A DNA stretch of 62,108 nucleotides, counting the filler, from Platydemus manokwari (Eukaryota), in NCBI GenBank assembly GCA_037951405.1. It is 6 parts of 6 records of this genome, joined end to end, with 100 filler letters (N's around TTAATTAATTAA, not from the genome) between each part and the next. Parts side by side here need not be neighbours in the genome. Positions count along the whole stretch, not along the records: positions 42,419 to 51,462 come from JBBMOY011308095.1; positions 51,563 to 62,108 come from JBBMOY011125330.1; 4 more parts are not named here. One strand, 5' to 3'. The notes beneath the pieces were generated by a model, which saw only the letters and a list, made by a program, of their open reading frames with translations, was not told the origin of the DNA and ran no database searches. Made by a program: the position numbers and the translations under genes. Positions 49,751 to 62,108 of this stretch are shown piece by piece. Each line of letters begins with the position of its first letter. Within the stretch, counting starts at the first letter, position 1.

Positions 49751-51462
49751 AGCTTTTTTTCAATTAATTTTACTTTAATTGTCTGGACAGATAAGGTCGT
49801 TGCTGCAATTTAAACCTCGATAATAATTGTAAATCATATTTAAAATATAAATAATAGTTATATTAGAATCAATAGAATAACAAAATGCATATTTCATTGG
49901 TTGAAATAATTTTAATACACTCGAAGATAAAATATAATTCTATTGTATTGTATAAGTACAGAACCTTGAAAATAAAAGTATAGGACATACCGCCTATGTG
50001 ACCAGAAAAGCCTCTCGGTAAAAATAAGAGGTGAACAAAAGATGGAAACGCTTATAAGATTTTAAAGAATACATGGTCTGTGATTAATTAGATCAACAAT
50101 AAAAAATCTTCTAGATAATAAATTGAAAAGCAAATAGATTCCTTCGACCACTCCTGGTATAAAAAACTAGAACTCTTCTTATAATTAAAATTGTAAAAAA
50201 TAAAAATATTAGCTTTTTAATTTTTGAAACAAAATTATACGAGAAGTGTCTTATTGCACTTGCTCATATAGCTTATTTGTGATTTGATCTATTGATTAGT
50301 GTGTTTAATAATAATTGTCTCTATTTTTAGTAACACTTACATTTCAGTTCTAAATTTAGTATTAATCCACAATTTCAGTTGACAATTGCTACTGAATCAG
50401 GGTGGTCTTGCTATTTTAGCACTGACATGGTTAGATTTTTAAAAACAAATTATCTTTTATGTATATAAACGTTGACGATATGGATGGACGGTATGGTTAC
50501 AGAAAAACTAAATCCTTAATGACAAGCCCCTGTGACTTACATAATAAAAATTTTTTTAAAAAAAACAACTTATTTGAATTTAACAGAAAATTAGGAATTA
50601 TTATATTCGATGAGATTCTAATAGACTAATGATTAAAACAAGAAACGAAATATATGTGAGATACTTTAAATGAAATAAACTTTTAATTCTAATTTAATTC
50701 TAATTTTATATAAAATCATATTAAAATAAAATTAAAATTATTTGTTTAAATATTTGTATTTAAATAGATTTTTGGTGTCTTGACTTTTCAGTTCGTTTTT
50801 AAAATTGGCTGATAATACAAGCTTTGATAAACAATAAAATAAAATTTGAATCGACTTAAACTTTATATACATAAACGTTTATTTTTAGTTTTTAAATCTT
50901 GTTTACTAGCTTTTTCATATGAGAAGTATTTTTATTTTCGAGAATAAATTCTTATTTTTTTAAGAACATTTTTGGTGTTTATTTTTGCACAAAAAATTAA
51001 TATTGTATTTTATTATTTTCCAAAATTATTTTTAGTCTGAGGTGGGTCCCAAATTGTTCACCACTTATAGTTGAACTATTTGCAATCAACTTGTGTATGA
51101 AAAATTTGGGATTCTCATTATCCAAAACACCCAAATATTAAAAAATGACTAATAATAAAATATAAAATACATAAATAATAAAATTAGAACAAAACATTAT
51201 TTAATAAATTTGTTCGTGTTTGGGGGTTGCTTGCTTAATTTTTACTATCAGTCTCTATATTAATTTTATTGTGGATCAATGGCGACTTGATCAGTCTCTG
51301 TGAGCTCTAACCAACCCCTTAAGGTTGACAAATTAAACCTTAACTTATAGTCTCTTTTCTTCACCTCGCTATCAATACTATGTGCAGATAGTATGATAGG
51401 CAGCAATGATCCAGTTATTATGTCTATCAGTCTCAAATATATTTTATTCACAAGCAACTTTT

Positions 51463-51562
51463 NNNNNNNNNNNNNNNNNNNNNNNNNNNNNNNNNNNNNN
51501 NNNNNNTTAATTAATTAANNNNNNNNNNNNNNNNNNNNNNNNNNNNNNNNNNNNNNNNNNNN
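51463..51562. other. Artificial contig spacer N44-TTAATTAATTAA-N44
   Basis: Identical to the other spacers. Confidence 0.97.
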
Positions 51563-53654
51563 TTGTATAGGCGTGGAAACAATGTATGATTAATTTTATG
51601 ATTAATTTGAATATCAGTGTCAATCAATAGACCTCTTTCCTTATTATTCTTATTATCTATATTTAACACCAGACTTGTTGCCTCTAAACTTTGTTGAGAC
51701 TTAAAAAAACAGTAACCACAAATTATTTTTAGTTGCTATTAGATATAGAATTATTATTAATCCTATTAACAACTAGAACTAAGCTACGAATATTAAATAG
51801 AGTAAAAATCGGGTTTAAACACTAAAATTTATTATCATTAAATAATAACAACAAATCGAAAGGTTTTTCAAAACACGGATACAACAATTCATGTAATTTT
51901 ACTTCAAGATAGAGGTTGATTCCAGGAAAGATTATGGTTAATAAACTCTTTCGACTTACATTCGGTCTTCCATGGATTAAAATTATACATAAATAGATTC
52001 TACATCACCGGCACTTAATCTTGGCTTGTTATTATCGTGGCATCAAATGTGGTCACTACTTTTATTCGTCAGAACTTATAAAGGAAAATGAAGAGCCACT
52101 TCTAGAAACACTACGATTATTTATATAACGCACTGCATATAGTTTTCATTTATAAAGGACGCTTGTTACATAGTAAGTAATTTGTATGCGTTATTTTATC
52201 AGTCTTATTTTATCTGTTTGTTTCAATGGGAAAATATGCGAAAATTTATTTTAAGAGATTTTATATTTTTTAATTGGATTTTCTTCCAGGAATCGAGAAA
52301 ACTATTTTATAAAAATTGTGAATTCATGAAAAATAAAATATTGCAAATTAACACAGAAATGTCATAATATAAATTTTTCAAGAATAACAATAATACACTT
52401 AATTGCAAAATTCATCAAATATTTTTATACACGATAATTATCAGATTATTATCTTCGGTAGACCCATTTCAAATTGTTAATAGTCATCAAGCCTCCAACA
52501 CTGCAAAGATGAGGTCATCAACCCAGATCGGACTAAGTCAGTAAGATTGGTCATTAAACGACAGTAGGGAAAACTTTTACAAATGAAATTTCCTATTTGT
52601 TGAAGAGTTTATTTATTTTAGACGTTTTTTTTATTGATCAAAAACCGAGCAATCGAAGGATCTTATAATAATCAAACCATTTTCAAGATACGAAAACTGA
52701 GAACATCAATTAATAACTACAAAGTTCAAGTTTTAATAAAATTAAATTGTTAAACAATATATCGACGTGCGGTTATTTTGGTAAGTTGATTTGAAATATA
52801 AAAAAACTGAAACATATATGCTTGCACAGTCTGGTTGACTGGAGTCGTTTTGTTTCCGAATAACCTTACACCCTTATGTATAACGATTGTGAGGATTCGA
52901 ATCAAAAAGATTAACGTACAAAATTTATTAACGACCATAAAAGACTGTCGGCTGTTACCAAGAATGGACTCTTTCTATAATGATCCCAAACAAACTAGAT
53001 CAAATAAATTAATTAATTATTTTAGAATATTTTATTAATTTTCCTTTTTTTAATAAATTATTGATGATTGTCTTTTAGAAATTTTCCAAGAATATTTATT
53101 CACATTTCTTTAAATTGTTTATTAAAAAGTAAAAACACCATTTAATTTCAAAACAATTTATTAAATTTGAAAAACTACGTTAATTTTCGAATATTTAAAC
53201 AAATCGAATATCCGAGATTTATCTAACTAAAAGTTTAACTTTTACATACACAATAAAAGGATAATTATTATAAAAAGAGATAATTATTGAATTGAAGTCT
53301 AATTCACAAATATTAGGTTAGCTAAGCAATTATAAATATTAAAAATTACTCATGAAGTACGTTGACATTCTATTATGTATGTCTGCTTACCAAAAATTAC
53401 AAATGAGCAGTTTATCATATAGCTCCACACAAGAACTCTTAATCGAATATAAAATATGTCACTGGGAAATGGAAATATCTGCAAAGTTAAATCTGCTTAA
53501 GTTTAGAAAAATGGTTCTTTTTAAATATGATGATTTCCCTTATACTATTTAATTTCCAAATTTATTTATAATAATTGTTTTACCATATTTTACCTTCAAA
53601 TTTAATTTTAGATGAAACAATAAAAACTCCTGAAAAACAACAATCACAATTTAA

Positions 53655-54030
53655 TATTGATTCAATGTTTTTATATAAATGTTTACGATTATCCGGATCC
53701 ACAAATCACTTTGAATAAATTACATCACCGTATTGATAAACAAGATCTTGAAGATATTAGATCAGTATAAATGATGGATCCCGATTTTACCAGTCTATAA
53801 TTAAATAATAAGTGGCATTTTAAATATTAACTTTCTGTTCACCTTGTGATTGTTGCTTACAGTGTTTCTGCATTTCGGTTGCGGAATGCAAATAAGAAGC
53901 AGTTACTCTTATTAAATCTTTTCAGTTCTTCAACGACCAAAATCCTGGTCTTCCATGGGCTATATTATATTTGGCCTCTTCAAAAAATTCCTCATCAATT
54001 TCAAATACGATATTTCGGCTGCAGATAATT
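53655..54030 (-). mobile_element. Merlin (IS1595/ISXO2-like) DDE transposase pseudogene with a 48-nt intron
   Basis: IVFEIDEEFFEEAKYN, CFLFAFRNRNAETL, TITR|LVKSGSIIYTD and FVDPDNRKH..NIES match the Merlin consensus VEIDES..KYN / DRSAETL / GTIIYSD / FVDP..HTQNIES. GT-AG intron at 53842-53795. Confidence 0.85.
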
Positions 54031-54299
54031 TTCGATACCACATTATTTTTTTATAGACATGTTTATAAATACTTTTAAATACTTAGTTTTCTTTTAATAA
54101 ACATTAATCAAGTTTTATGAATGTTGGTTTACTGTTGGAAGTCATTTGATAATACCATCTTTATGGTCCAGGGCATCACATATATTTTAAGTTCAGAATG
54201 TTGAATAAGGATGTCAAATTGTTGAATCAAAACCATATTCGAATAAAATTATTCTAAAAATATTCATTAATGGTCCATTTTGGTTTCATGTTCAAAAAG

Positions 54300-55130
54300 G
54301 GCGCCTACTATTTTTCAGTAAATTTCAATTTGACCTAATTTGATCCGTATTTCAAATAAATAATTTTTATGAAATTTTGAAGCTCTAATTTATATAAAAA
54401 ATTTTTCAAACAACTGAAATTCTTATTTAGTACAAAAATTAAAAATGTTTTTAATAATTATATTTAAATATACTATATAGTTTTCCTGAAATACATTGAA
54501 CAAATTGAAATTTATTTTAACATACCTTATCGTAACTTCAGTCAAAATTTTTTATAAAACAATCATAAGGTTTGCAGATGGATGATAGAGTTCGAATAAG
54601 CAGATATTTGATAGTTATACAAATTTATTGACGGCTTAAATTAAGAAAAGGGATCCTTTTACCTACTTTCGTAATAATGAATTTTCGACAAGAGATAATT
54701 TTATAATTTAATTTAATATATAATTGAGATGTTTGATTTATTTGTATAATTCAGTTAATATCTCACTGGTTAGGATGTCTAATAGCGACAAAACATGGTT
54801 TGAAAACCAAGTTCCTATTCCAAAATGGTAAAAATTGAGAGTATTTCTCAATTTGCTTTTAATGTTTAAAACAGGGATCCTAACTAGTTTTCAACAAATT
54901 TAAATTCGATCTACTTTGATACCTTTTTCAATTAATCAAATTTTAGTAGATTTTTAAGATCCAGCTTATTTAATATTTTATATCAAACAACTAAAATTCT
55001 TGATAAGTACTTAAATAAAAAAATCAAATTATTTTTAAAAGAATTTAATTAAATAAACTATATAGTTTTTTTCAATACATTCAACAAATTTAAACATTAA
55101 TTTTAGCACCCCTTTTCTAAACTTTAGCCC
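54300..55130 (-). repeat. Dispersed repeat, two related copies (about 54300-54560 and 54740-55130)
   Basis: Shared ACTATATAGTTTT...AATACATT.AACAAATT.AA and CAAACAACT.AAATTCTT blocks. Homologous to 27880-28365. Confidence 0.65.
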
Positions 55131-56284
55131 AAAAAATTTTAAAATTGTTACCGGTAATCATTTGAAGCATTTAAAAAATTACAATGTTGTTATGGTGGAG
55201 TAATCCACGTAAAATTCTTGGGATAAATAAGTGCGGCAGTAACAAAATATTATTAATATTTCTTGTTACAATTCACTAATTTATTTCTTAACCAATCATA
55301 TTTATAGATCAAAACATATGTTGTATTCCCATCAATTAAAATATCTCGAAAAACTTCGCAATTTACTTATCGTTTAATTGACTAATTAAACTACCGCAAC
55401 ACCATATTGATGATGATATGATTAAGAATTTCGTTTTTTCACATTCAGACACAATCTAATTTAATGATTTGTCCAATCAATTATAATGACTTCTCATTGA
55501 ATTTGACTTAATATTCAATGAGACAATGACAATGATTAACATCATTCCGTACTATCATCACATCAACCATACCAAATATAATCAACATCAAACACAGGCA
55601 ATTTCAAATAGCGGACACTTGGTGAAATATTTTTAATTCTTATGAAAAATTATTTATGTACACGTTCTAATTAGGCAAAAAACAAAAAATTACCGGAAAA
55701 TGTTAACAAAAATCAACTCCACAACTCGATATCAAAAACTCCATAATCGTGAACATTTTTCATTTCTCTATGAATAATAATATTAAATAATAATAATAAA
55801 GCCATTTATAATTTACTGTCAAAAATGTACATGAGCGAAACCAACACATACGTTTTCTACAAGCGAAAACACTATGATATCAGATGTCCATTTATATATA
55901 TAACCATCATTATCTGTGTATCAAACTAGCACCAAATATTTGTACAGAGAATAGAAAACTTCATACGATTTGTTTCTTATTTATAAAACATAATCAAACA
56001 CGAATAATATCACACGGAAAAATCAATTCAGGGTAAAACATTTGTTTCATTGATAAACTTTATACGTACATAGATATCAAAAGTAGGCACAATTTCCAAT
56101 ATCAGGTTACAACAATGCTCTAAATATCATTAATAAAATTATAACGCGTTTGCCATCGGTATTTATATAGAACGATTATCAATACTATATATCGCGTTTA
56201 AGGAGAAGAGAGAAGATATATTTATTGATTTATTGCAAGGCAATTATTGACAAAACTAATGCACATAAAAAACCACATCGCACT

Positions 56285-59015
56285 TCACTTGAACAAATTG
56301 GAACTTTTGTTTTCCTGTTGGCATTTCTCTAATTCACTAATTAAAAGAGTCGGGTCGATCGGTAATTTCTTTCGCCGTTTCGGTACTACCAAAACCTTTT
56401 CACAGAATCTTTTGAAATCTTCGACAACTGGATCGTATACGTCTTTATCTAATAAGATAAGGAGGAGATTAATAGAAACAAGTCTACATGGAAATCTAAT
56501 TACAATCGATTTAGTAAACACAATGCAAACATCTGGGAGGTAAAAGATGAATGAAATATTTTTGGGAAATATTTATATCAAGGAAATTATTGATTTTTAA
56601 TATTAATAATAAAAATTTATTATTATTTTATGATAATAATAATATGAACAATATTATTATTAATAATATATTAAAAGTTAAAAACAAATCGCCCCAAATG
56701 TAAGAAGAGGTTTTTCCAGAAATAACGCTGAAAAACAATGATCGTCTTATATTCGTATGCTTCGGTTGTCGGGAATTTTCGTGCATTAACAGATATTTTA
56801 TCATAAAAATATGCAAATATGATTCGCCTTATATGCAGGCCAATTTTCCGATTTCTTATTCCAAATTCCACAGAAAAATTCCCAAATATCATTCGTTAAA
56901 ACAACACATAAAAATATAGGACATTAAAAATAAGTTATATAAAAAATAAGTTAAGTCAAAGAATTAATTTAATTTTTAGAAGTATTTTTAAGATAACTTA
57001 CCACATAGAAGCCTATGATATCAGCATAACATTATATTGGCAATAAAATTTGCTAAATGCTTTTAAAATTTATGTTATCGTTCCAATTTATGGGAAAAGA
57101 GAAAACAAATATAAGCGGCTTGTGAATGTTTATTAATTTTCATTATAAAATGAAGCACTGCAAACCCCAGTAATAATGGGATAGAGAGATGAAAACTTTA
57201 TTGATTAAACCAATCAAATCGTTAATAGTTCATTTATTTGACAAAAATTTAAATGACGAAAACAATAATAAAATCAAAGCATCGAATTTTTCAGCTTATA
57301 AATGAAATATCGATGAAAATGTCACAATAATATTGATATCTAAAACTTAACGTTGGATAGATTTCAAATATAGTGACAAAAATAATTATAATAATGATGA
57401 TATATTGAAAATAATTATTATTATGAAAAATAATTAATTACCATCCTCAACATATTGACCATTTACATCACAAGTTTCCGTCGGTAATGATTCGATATTA
57501 GATGAATGATATTCTTCTTTATTCGTGGATTTATCTTTCAAAACGGCTTTATTCGACTTCGATTCGACCTTATTATTATCCAAATCACCATTTTTAATGG
57601 ATTTACTGCAAGGAGTATTGGATGTGGAGAATCCATTGACATCAGGCGATGATGATGATATTGTGGTTTTGGTTACCTTTTTTGATGTTTTCAAATTTGG
57701 GATCGAAGGAGACTTATCTTCATTATTAGGAGGCACAATTGGCGATTTTGCGGGTGGTTTCAATTTCAATTGTGCTGCTTCAAACTTATTTAATTTGGAT
57801 TTGGATTTTTTCGACACCGGCCCTGTTATTTCTGGTGTAATTTGAGAAGCAGTCTCAGTGACCTCATCGTCTCCATTGATAAATTTGACAAGAGTATCCA
57901 CATCTTCTAGTTGTAATTTGACAAAGTTTTTATTTAACGAATTATTTGTCGATGATGACTTTTTCGACTGAGATTTTAATTGACACTGTTTACGTTTTTG
58001 GAGTTTAAGACGTAATTTTTCAACGACATTTGTGGCATTTCTAGTATGACTTAAGTAGTTCTGTTCGCCAAACATTTCACATTTGCAACAATTACACACT
58101 TTGCTATTACCACCAGCATTCTCTGCACCAGTACTGCTGGAACTACCGGTTTCTGATGAAGAAAGATTGTTGTTTATATTAATATTATTAATGGAACAAT
58201 TCTCTTGATTCGAGTCAATATCAACATTCATCGTCGAAATACAATCATCTGGTCCTCCACCACAAGACTCATCATCGGATATTTGCTCTATAACGATTGT
58301 CGTTTGTTTCGTGTCGCTATTCATATTTCGACATGAATCAGCAAGCGATTCGATTGAATCAATTCCTTTCAATTCATCTTTCGAGCCGCCACGTTTATAG
58401 AGCTTGTTACAATATATACGACACGTTTTGACAAGAGCATGTAAATGTGGATGAGCTTTATCGGTCCCGGATGAATTGTTATCTGTGTTTGTTCTACTAC
58501 CGAGATACTTTTCAAATTCTTTGAGATTATCATGGATTGTCGAATTTGGAGAAAGTGTACGGGAAAGCTCTTCAAAATCCATTTCAAAATCATCATCCTT
58601 AATTCCAATCAATGTTGGATCGAGAGAAAAGTTTTCATCGGTGAAATTAGGACATATATTCTCTGAATGTTTATTGCCGCACGTTGCCGAAGAGAAATAG
58701 ATATGTTGTTGTTCTAAATCGGATGGTTCGGGGAAATGAGTCGTTGAATGACAGGGCCGCCTATCATGAATATCGAGACCTTTTTTACATTTATCCATTA
58801 TGGAGCTTAATAATGAGTGTAAGCTTTCTGCTGACTGCAGACTTTTTATGCAGTCTGGCACTGACATGTGAGTAGTCGAGGAATTCACGGGATTATCTAG
58901 TAAAAGATGTTCGTTCTCTGCTAAATATTTCTCGTACAATTTGTTGAATTTCTCAATATCTTCGTGATTCAATTCACCATTATTCCATGAGTGTTCTTTA
59001 TCGTTAAAAACAAAT
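56285..59015 (-). CDS. FAM193A: FAM193A/B homolog, last two coding exons (59015-57442 and 56448-56285)
   Basis: FAM193 signature blocks CNCCKCEMFG...VVEKLRLKLQKRK, DVDTLVKFING and C-terminal DPVVEDFKRFC..KRRKK. Acceptor TTTAG|59015; donor G|GTAATT at 57441 and acceptor TTATTAG|56448 are both phase 1, giving QYVEDDKDVYDP. Upstream exons were not identified. Confidence 0.85.
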
Positions 59016-59191
59016 CTAAATTAATTCTAAGATATATTACTGTTATTTTTTATGTAATACATAAATTTTATATATTTAGTTAATATTCTATGAAAAGAAC
59101 ATCAGATTGTCCATGGAATATAATTTTATTCAGAAATTTTGATGATTTTAATGTAATTAGATATTAAAATTATTTTTGGACATCAACCGAT

Positions 59192-59235
<44 letters not shown>
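59192..59235. repeat. (TA)n(TG)n compound microsatellite
   Basis: Perfect TA run followed by a TG run. Confidence 0.95.
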
Positions 59236-62108
59236 AAAAAGGAAGTCTTCAAAATATCAAAAATTGTAGCGAGATGACATAATCTGATAAACACACTATA
59301 AATAAATATACATATTCTATATATATACATATTCTATATTGTTTAAAACAACACAAATTTTCAAAACATATTCCCACAAAAAATTATGTATATAATCAAT
59401 AAGAATATTTCCTTTATCAATGATTGAACTGACAATTATCATATTTGGATATATTGAAAATACTATCAAATAATATAAATTTACAATCGGGTGGGACTTT
59501 ACAAAATGTAGGATGTTAAAATTTATTTATAGTTTCGTCTTATCGAAAACAACTACAAAGCATGTTCAACCTAATTACCAGACTCTCTGATTCGTTTGAG
59601 TAAACATATGATGATATCATTATTAATTATAATACAATGTACCTCATAAAGTATTGAAATTATTAAAATACATTACAATCATATAACTTTTACTTACAAT
59701 GTTAAAAAAAATCAATTAGTTTTAAGTTTGTTTTTATGTTGTATGAGATCAAAACATAGTAATGAGCCAACAACACTGGTACTGCTTGTATCTAAAATAG
59801 TTACATTTTCATCGTCAGAATATTAGATTATCTATATTTGTGATATGATAAAATTATCTGTTTTCTGATAGGTTAAAATAATTTATAAACATTGATTATT
59901 ATACTAATAGGTGACCAACCAATAATGTTTTCTATTATATTAATCACAGACATTGTGTCACTCATATAATATTAGTATATATGTAATATAAAATTATGAA
60001 TATGTGATGAATATTATACAGAAATCATTCTAATTGCAGAATTATTTCATTATTAAATCAGAGATTGAATCAAACCAATTACTTTACACACATGTCCATT
60101 CCATTCATTAAAATTCGATGAGTCTTGTTATAAATTCCATTCTCCAAAGACACAATAAGCTTCAATATTTCAGTATTCATCCAAAAATTAATAGCAATCA
60201 AATATATTTTTTATTTAGTTGTTAAAAATAATTTTACGGAATAATTCTAAACAGAAACAATAATTCATTAGAATGTAAAATTACATATCCATCTAAATTA
60301 CTAAAGGGAAACGTGAAATGATGTTCAATTTTAGTTTAAAAATAATTATATATATAATCAATTGATTGGGTTAACGAAATGATGTTCATGAAAAAGAACA
60401 TTATGATCAATAAATATATTTCTTAAGAGATTTATTAATTTAATTAAATGTTGTATGAATGAATTTAATCTATAAATAATCCTTAAATAATCCACATGTT
60501 ACGTTTAGAAATATTACTTGTTATAATCATGAATTCATGAAAATTGTTGTATTTTTAAATGTTTGATTAAATATACCCCAAAGTTTATAAGCTATATACA
60601 TTTTCTTAGCTTATATTTTGTATTTTTTCCATTTTATATTTCAATTTAAATATCATTTTTCTTAGAATATACATCGCGACACTCACTTGAATGATAACAA
60701 CATTTAAATAGGCAAAAAATTCCTATATCTGCAATGACATTGAAAATCGATGAGATGTTAAAGTGAATGATATGTAAGGGAACGATTATAAATAAAGATG
60801 ATTGGATTGTTCAGCACATAAATTATAATTAATAGTCTTTTAGTAATGAAGTTCATTTGGAGACAAATCTATTTGTACACTATTTTGGTCTGTCCCTCAG
60901 TACTGGTTTAAAAATTGTCATAATAATGATCGTCACTATTGGTCTCTAATTTTTAATACATCCAGTAATCACAATAATTTTAATAGTTTTTAAATAAAAT
61001 GACAAATAAAAAAAGATATTGTATAATTTACAAAAGATTTCCTTATAACATATTGAAACAGTTAAAGATAGAGACAACTCTAGTCCCCACAAATATCACT
61101 TGTAATTATAGGCGAATCCAAAATGCCTCATTGCTTGTATTCAGTTTTTAATTAATTGTTTCTGGTCTTTTGGAAATTTCAATTAATATCTCTATTTTTC
61201 TGGAACATGTGAGGTTGCATTAATTCAATTCAATCAAGTCAAGTAACAATGTCAAAAATAATATTTTTGTAGCATTATGTTATTTTATTATAAATCAACA
61301 AGGAATACATGTACTGAATTAACTCATTTTTTTGCAATATTGGACCTCCACCATTTTCAACTATAATTACTCAAGTACCATTTTAAATTAAAAAACTTAA
61401 ATTAAATCGATTTTTACGGATTTGTAGATTATAAGGCGCGAAGGATATTATCAAAAAGAAATTCGAATCTCGAATCAATATATCAAATGTGTGCATATAC
61501 GAACAAGGTCATGGAATCTCTTAGAGGAATATAATCGATAGATCGAACTTCTAAAATAAACCTAAATCTAACTCGGTTCTCTTACCTACCATCTCTGTCT
61601 CTTACCAATCTGGTTCACATTAAGATTGAACACAATTCTCCTTTTTAATTATATATAATACAAATGCAGTTAAGAATAAAATCCCAAAAATAATCGCCAA
61701 TGAAATAATCAGTTAAAATATGAGCAATTTCCCATACAATTCTGAATTACTGGTACACAGACTACTTCTGCCTGTACAATAGTATTATATACATATACTG
61801 CACCTATGAGCACCCAATTATACCCCTAAAATCATACACTTGATATCTATATAGCGTGTAATGTTAAACTATATAAATTATTTTTTTAAGTTTATCTTTT
61901 CTCATAGCATTGAGTTGGAATTGAAGATGTTTTATAAAATTTACAATATATCGGATCTATTTTGTGGTATAATTTACAGTCAAAGTATAAACACAAGCTA
62001 ATGTATACATTCGTTATATACAAGTTTGTATAATCGATATCCTCAAATAGAGCAAAAATTGATAAAGATCAGATAAAATTATAAATATTATTTTAAATTC
62101 AAATGGTT

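Noticed and set aside
9050-51518. Recurrent TTAATTAATTAA as a CRISPR-like or regulatory repeat
   Set aside because: Always centred in exactly 44+44 Ns; it is an artificial linker.
57525-58875. Antisense ORFs over the FAM193 exon
   Set aside because: Shadow ORFs with no independent coding signal.
60083-60180. Candidate upstream FAM193 exon (MNTEILKL...MCV, phase 2)
   Set aside because: The phase fits but there are no FAM193-like residues; insufficient support.

Overview
Very AT-rich eukaryotic genomic DNA with short (47-58 nt) GT-AG introns. It is most consistent with a triclad planarian (Dugesia/Schmidtea-like); this is inferred from intron size, a CGC-type TRAF RING and an -FRL neuropeptide precursor. 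The window is at least six pieces of about 9-14 kb joined by identical artificial 100-nt spacers (N44-TTAATTAATTAA-N44), so adjacency across spacers is not evidence of linkage. Host genes are: a two-exon neuropeptide prohormone missed by the ORF track (minus, 8104-7002), the first three exons of a branched-chain aminotransferase (BCAT), a 1415-codon single-exon orphan ORF with several LC8-type TQT/VQT motifs directly downstream of BCAT, an intronless TRAF gene with a deleted tandem duplicate, and the last two exons of a FAM193 homolog. The rest is mostly transposon debris: a decayed Gypsy element, three or four solo LTRs of one family, NeSL/R2-like RLE retrotransposon fragments, a Polinton packaging ATPase pseudogene, an intron-containing Merlin transposase, pogo/Tigger remnants, hAT and TA-flanked MITEs, and (AAT)n microsatellites. 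No prokaryotic-type system (CRISPR, operon, rRNA, intact tRNA) is supported. The best leads are the hidden neuropeptide gene and the BCAT/orphan-ORF arrangement. All family assignments come from recalled motifs, not database searches.
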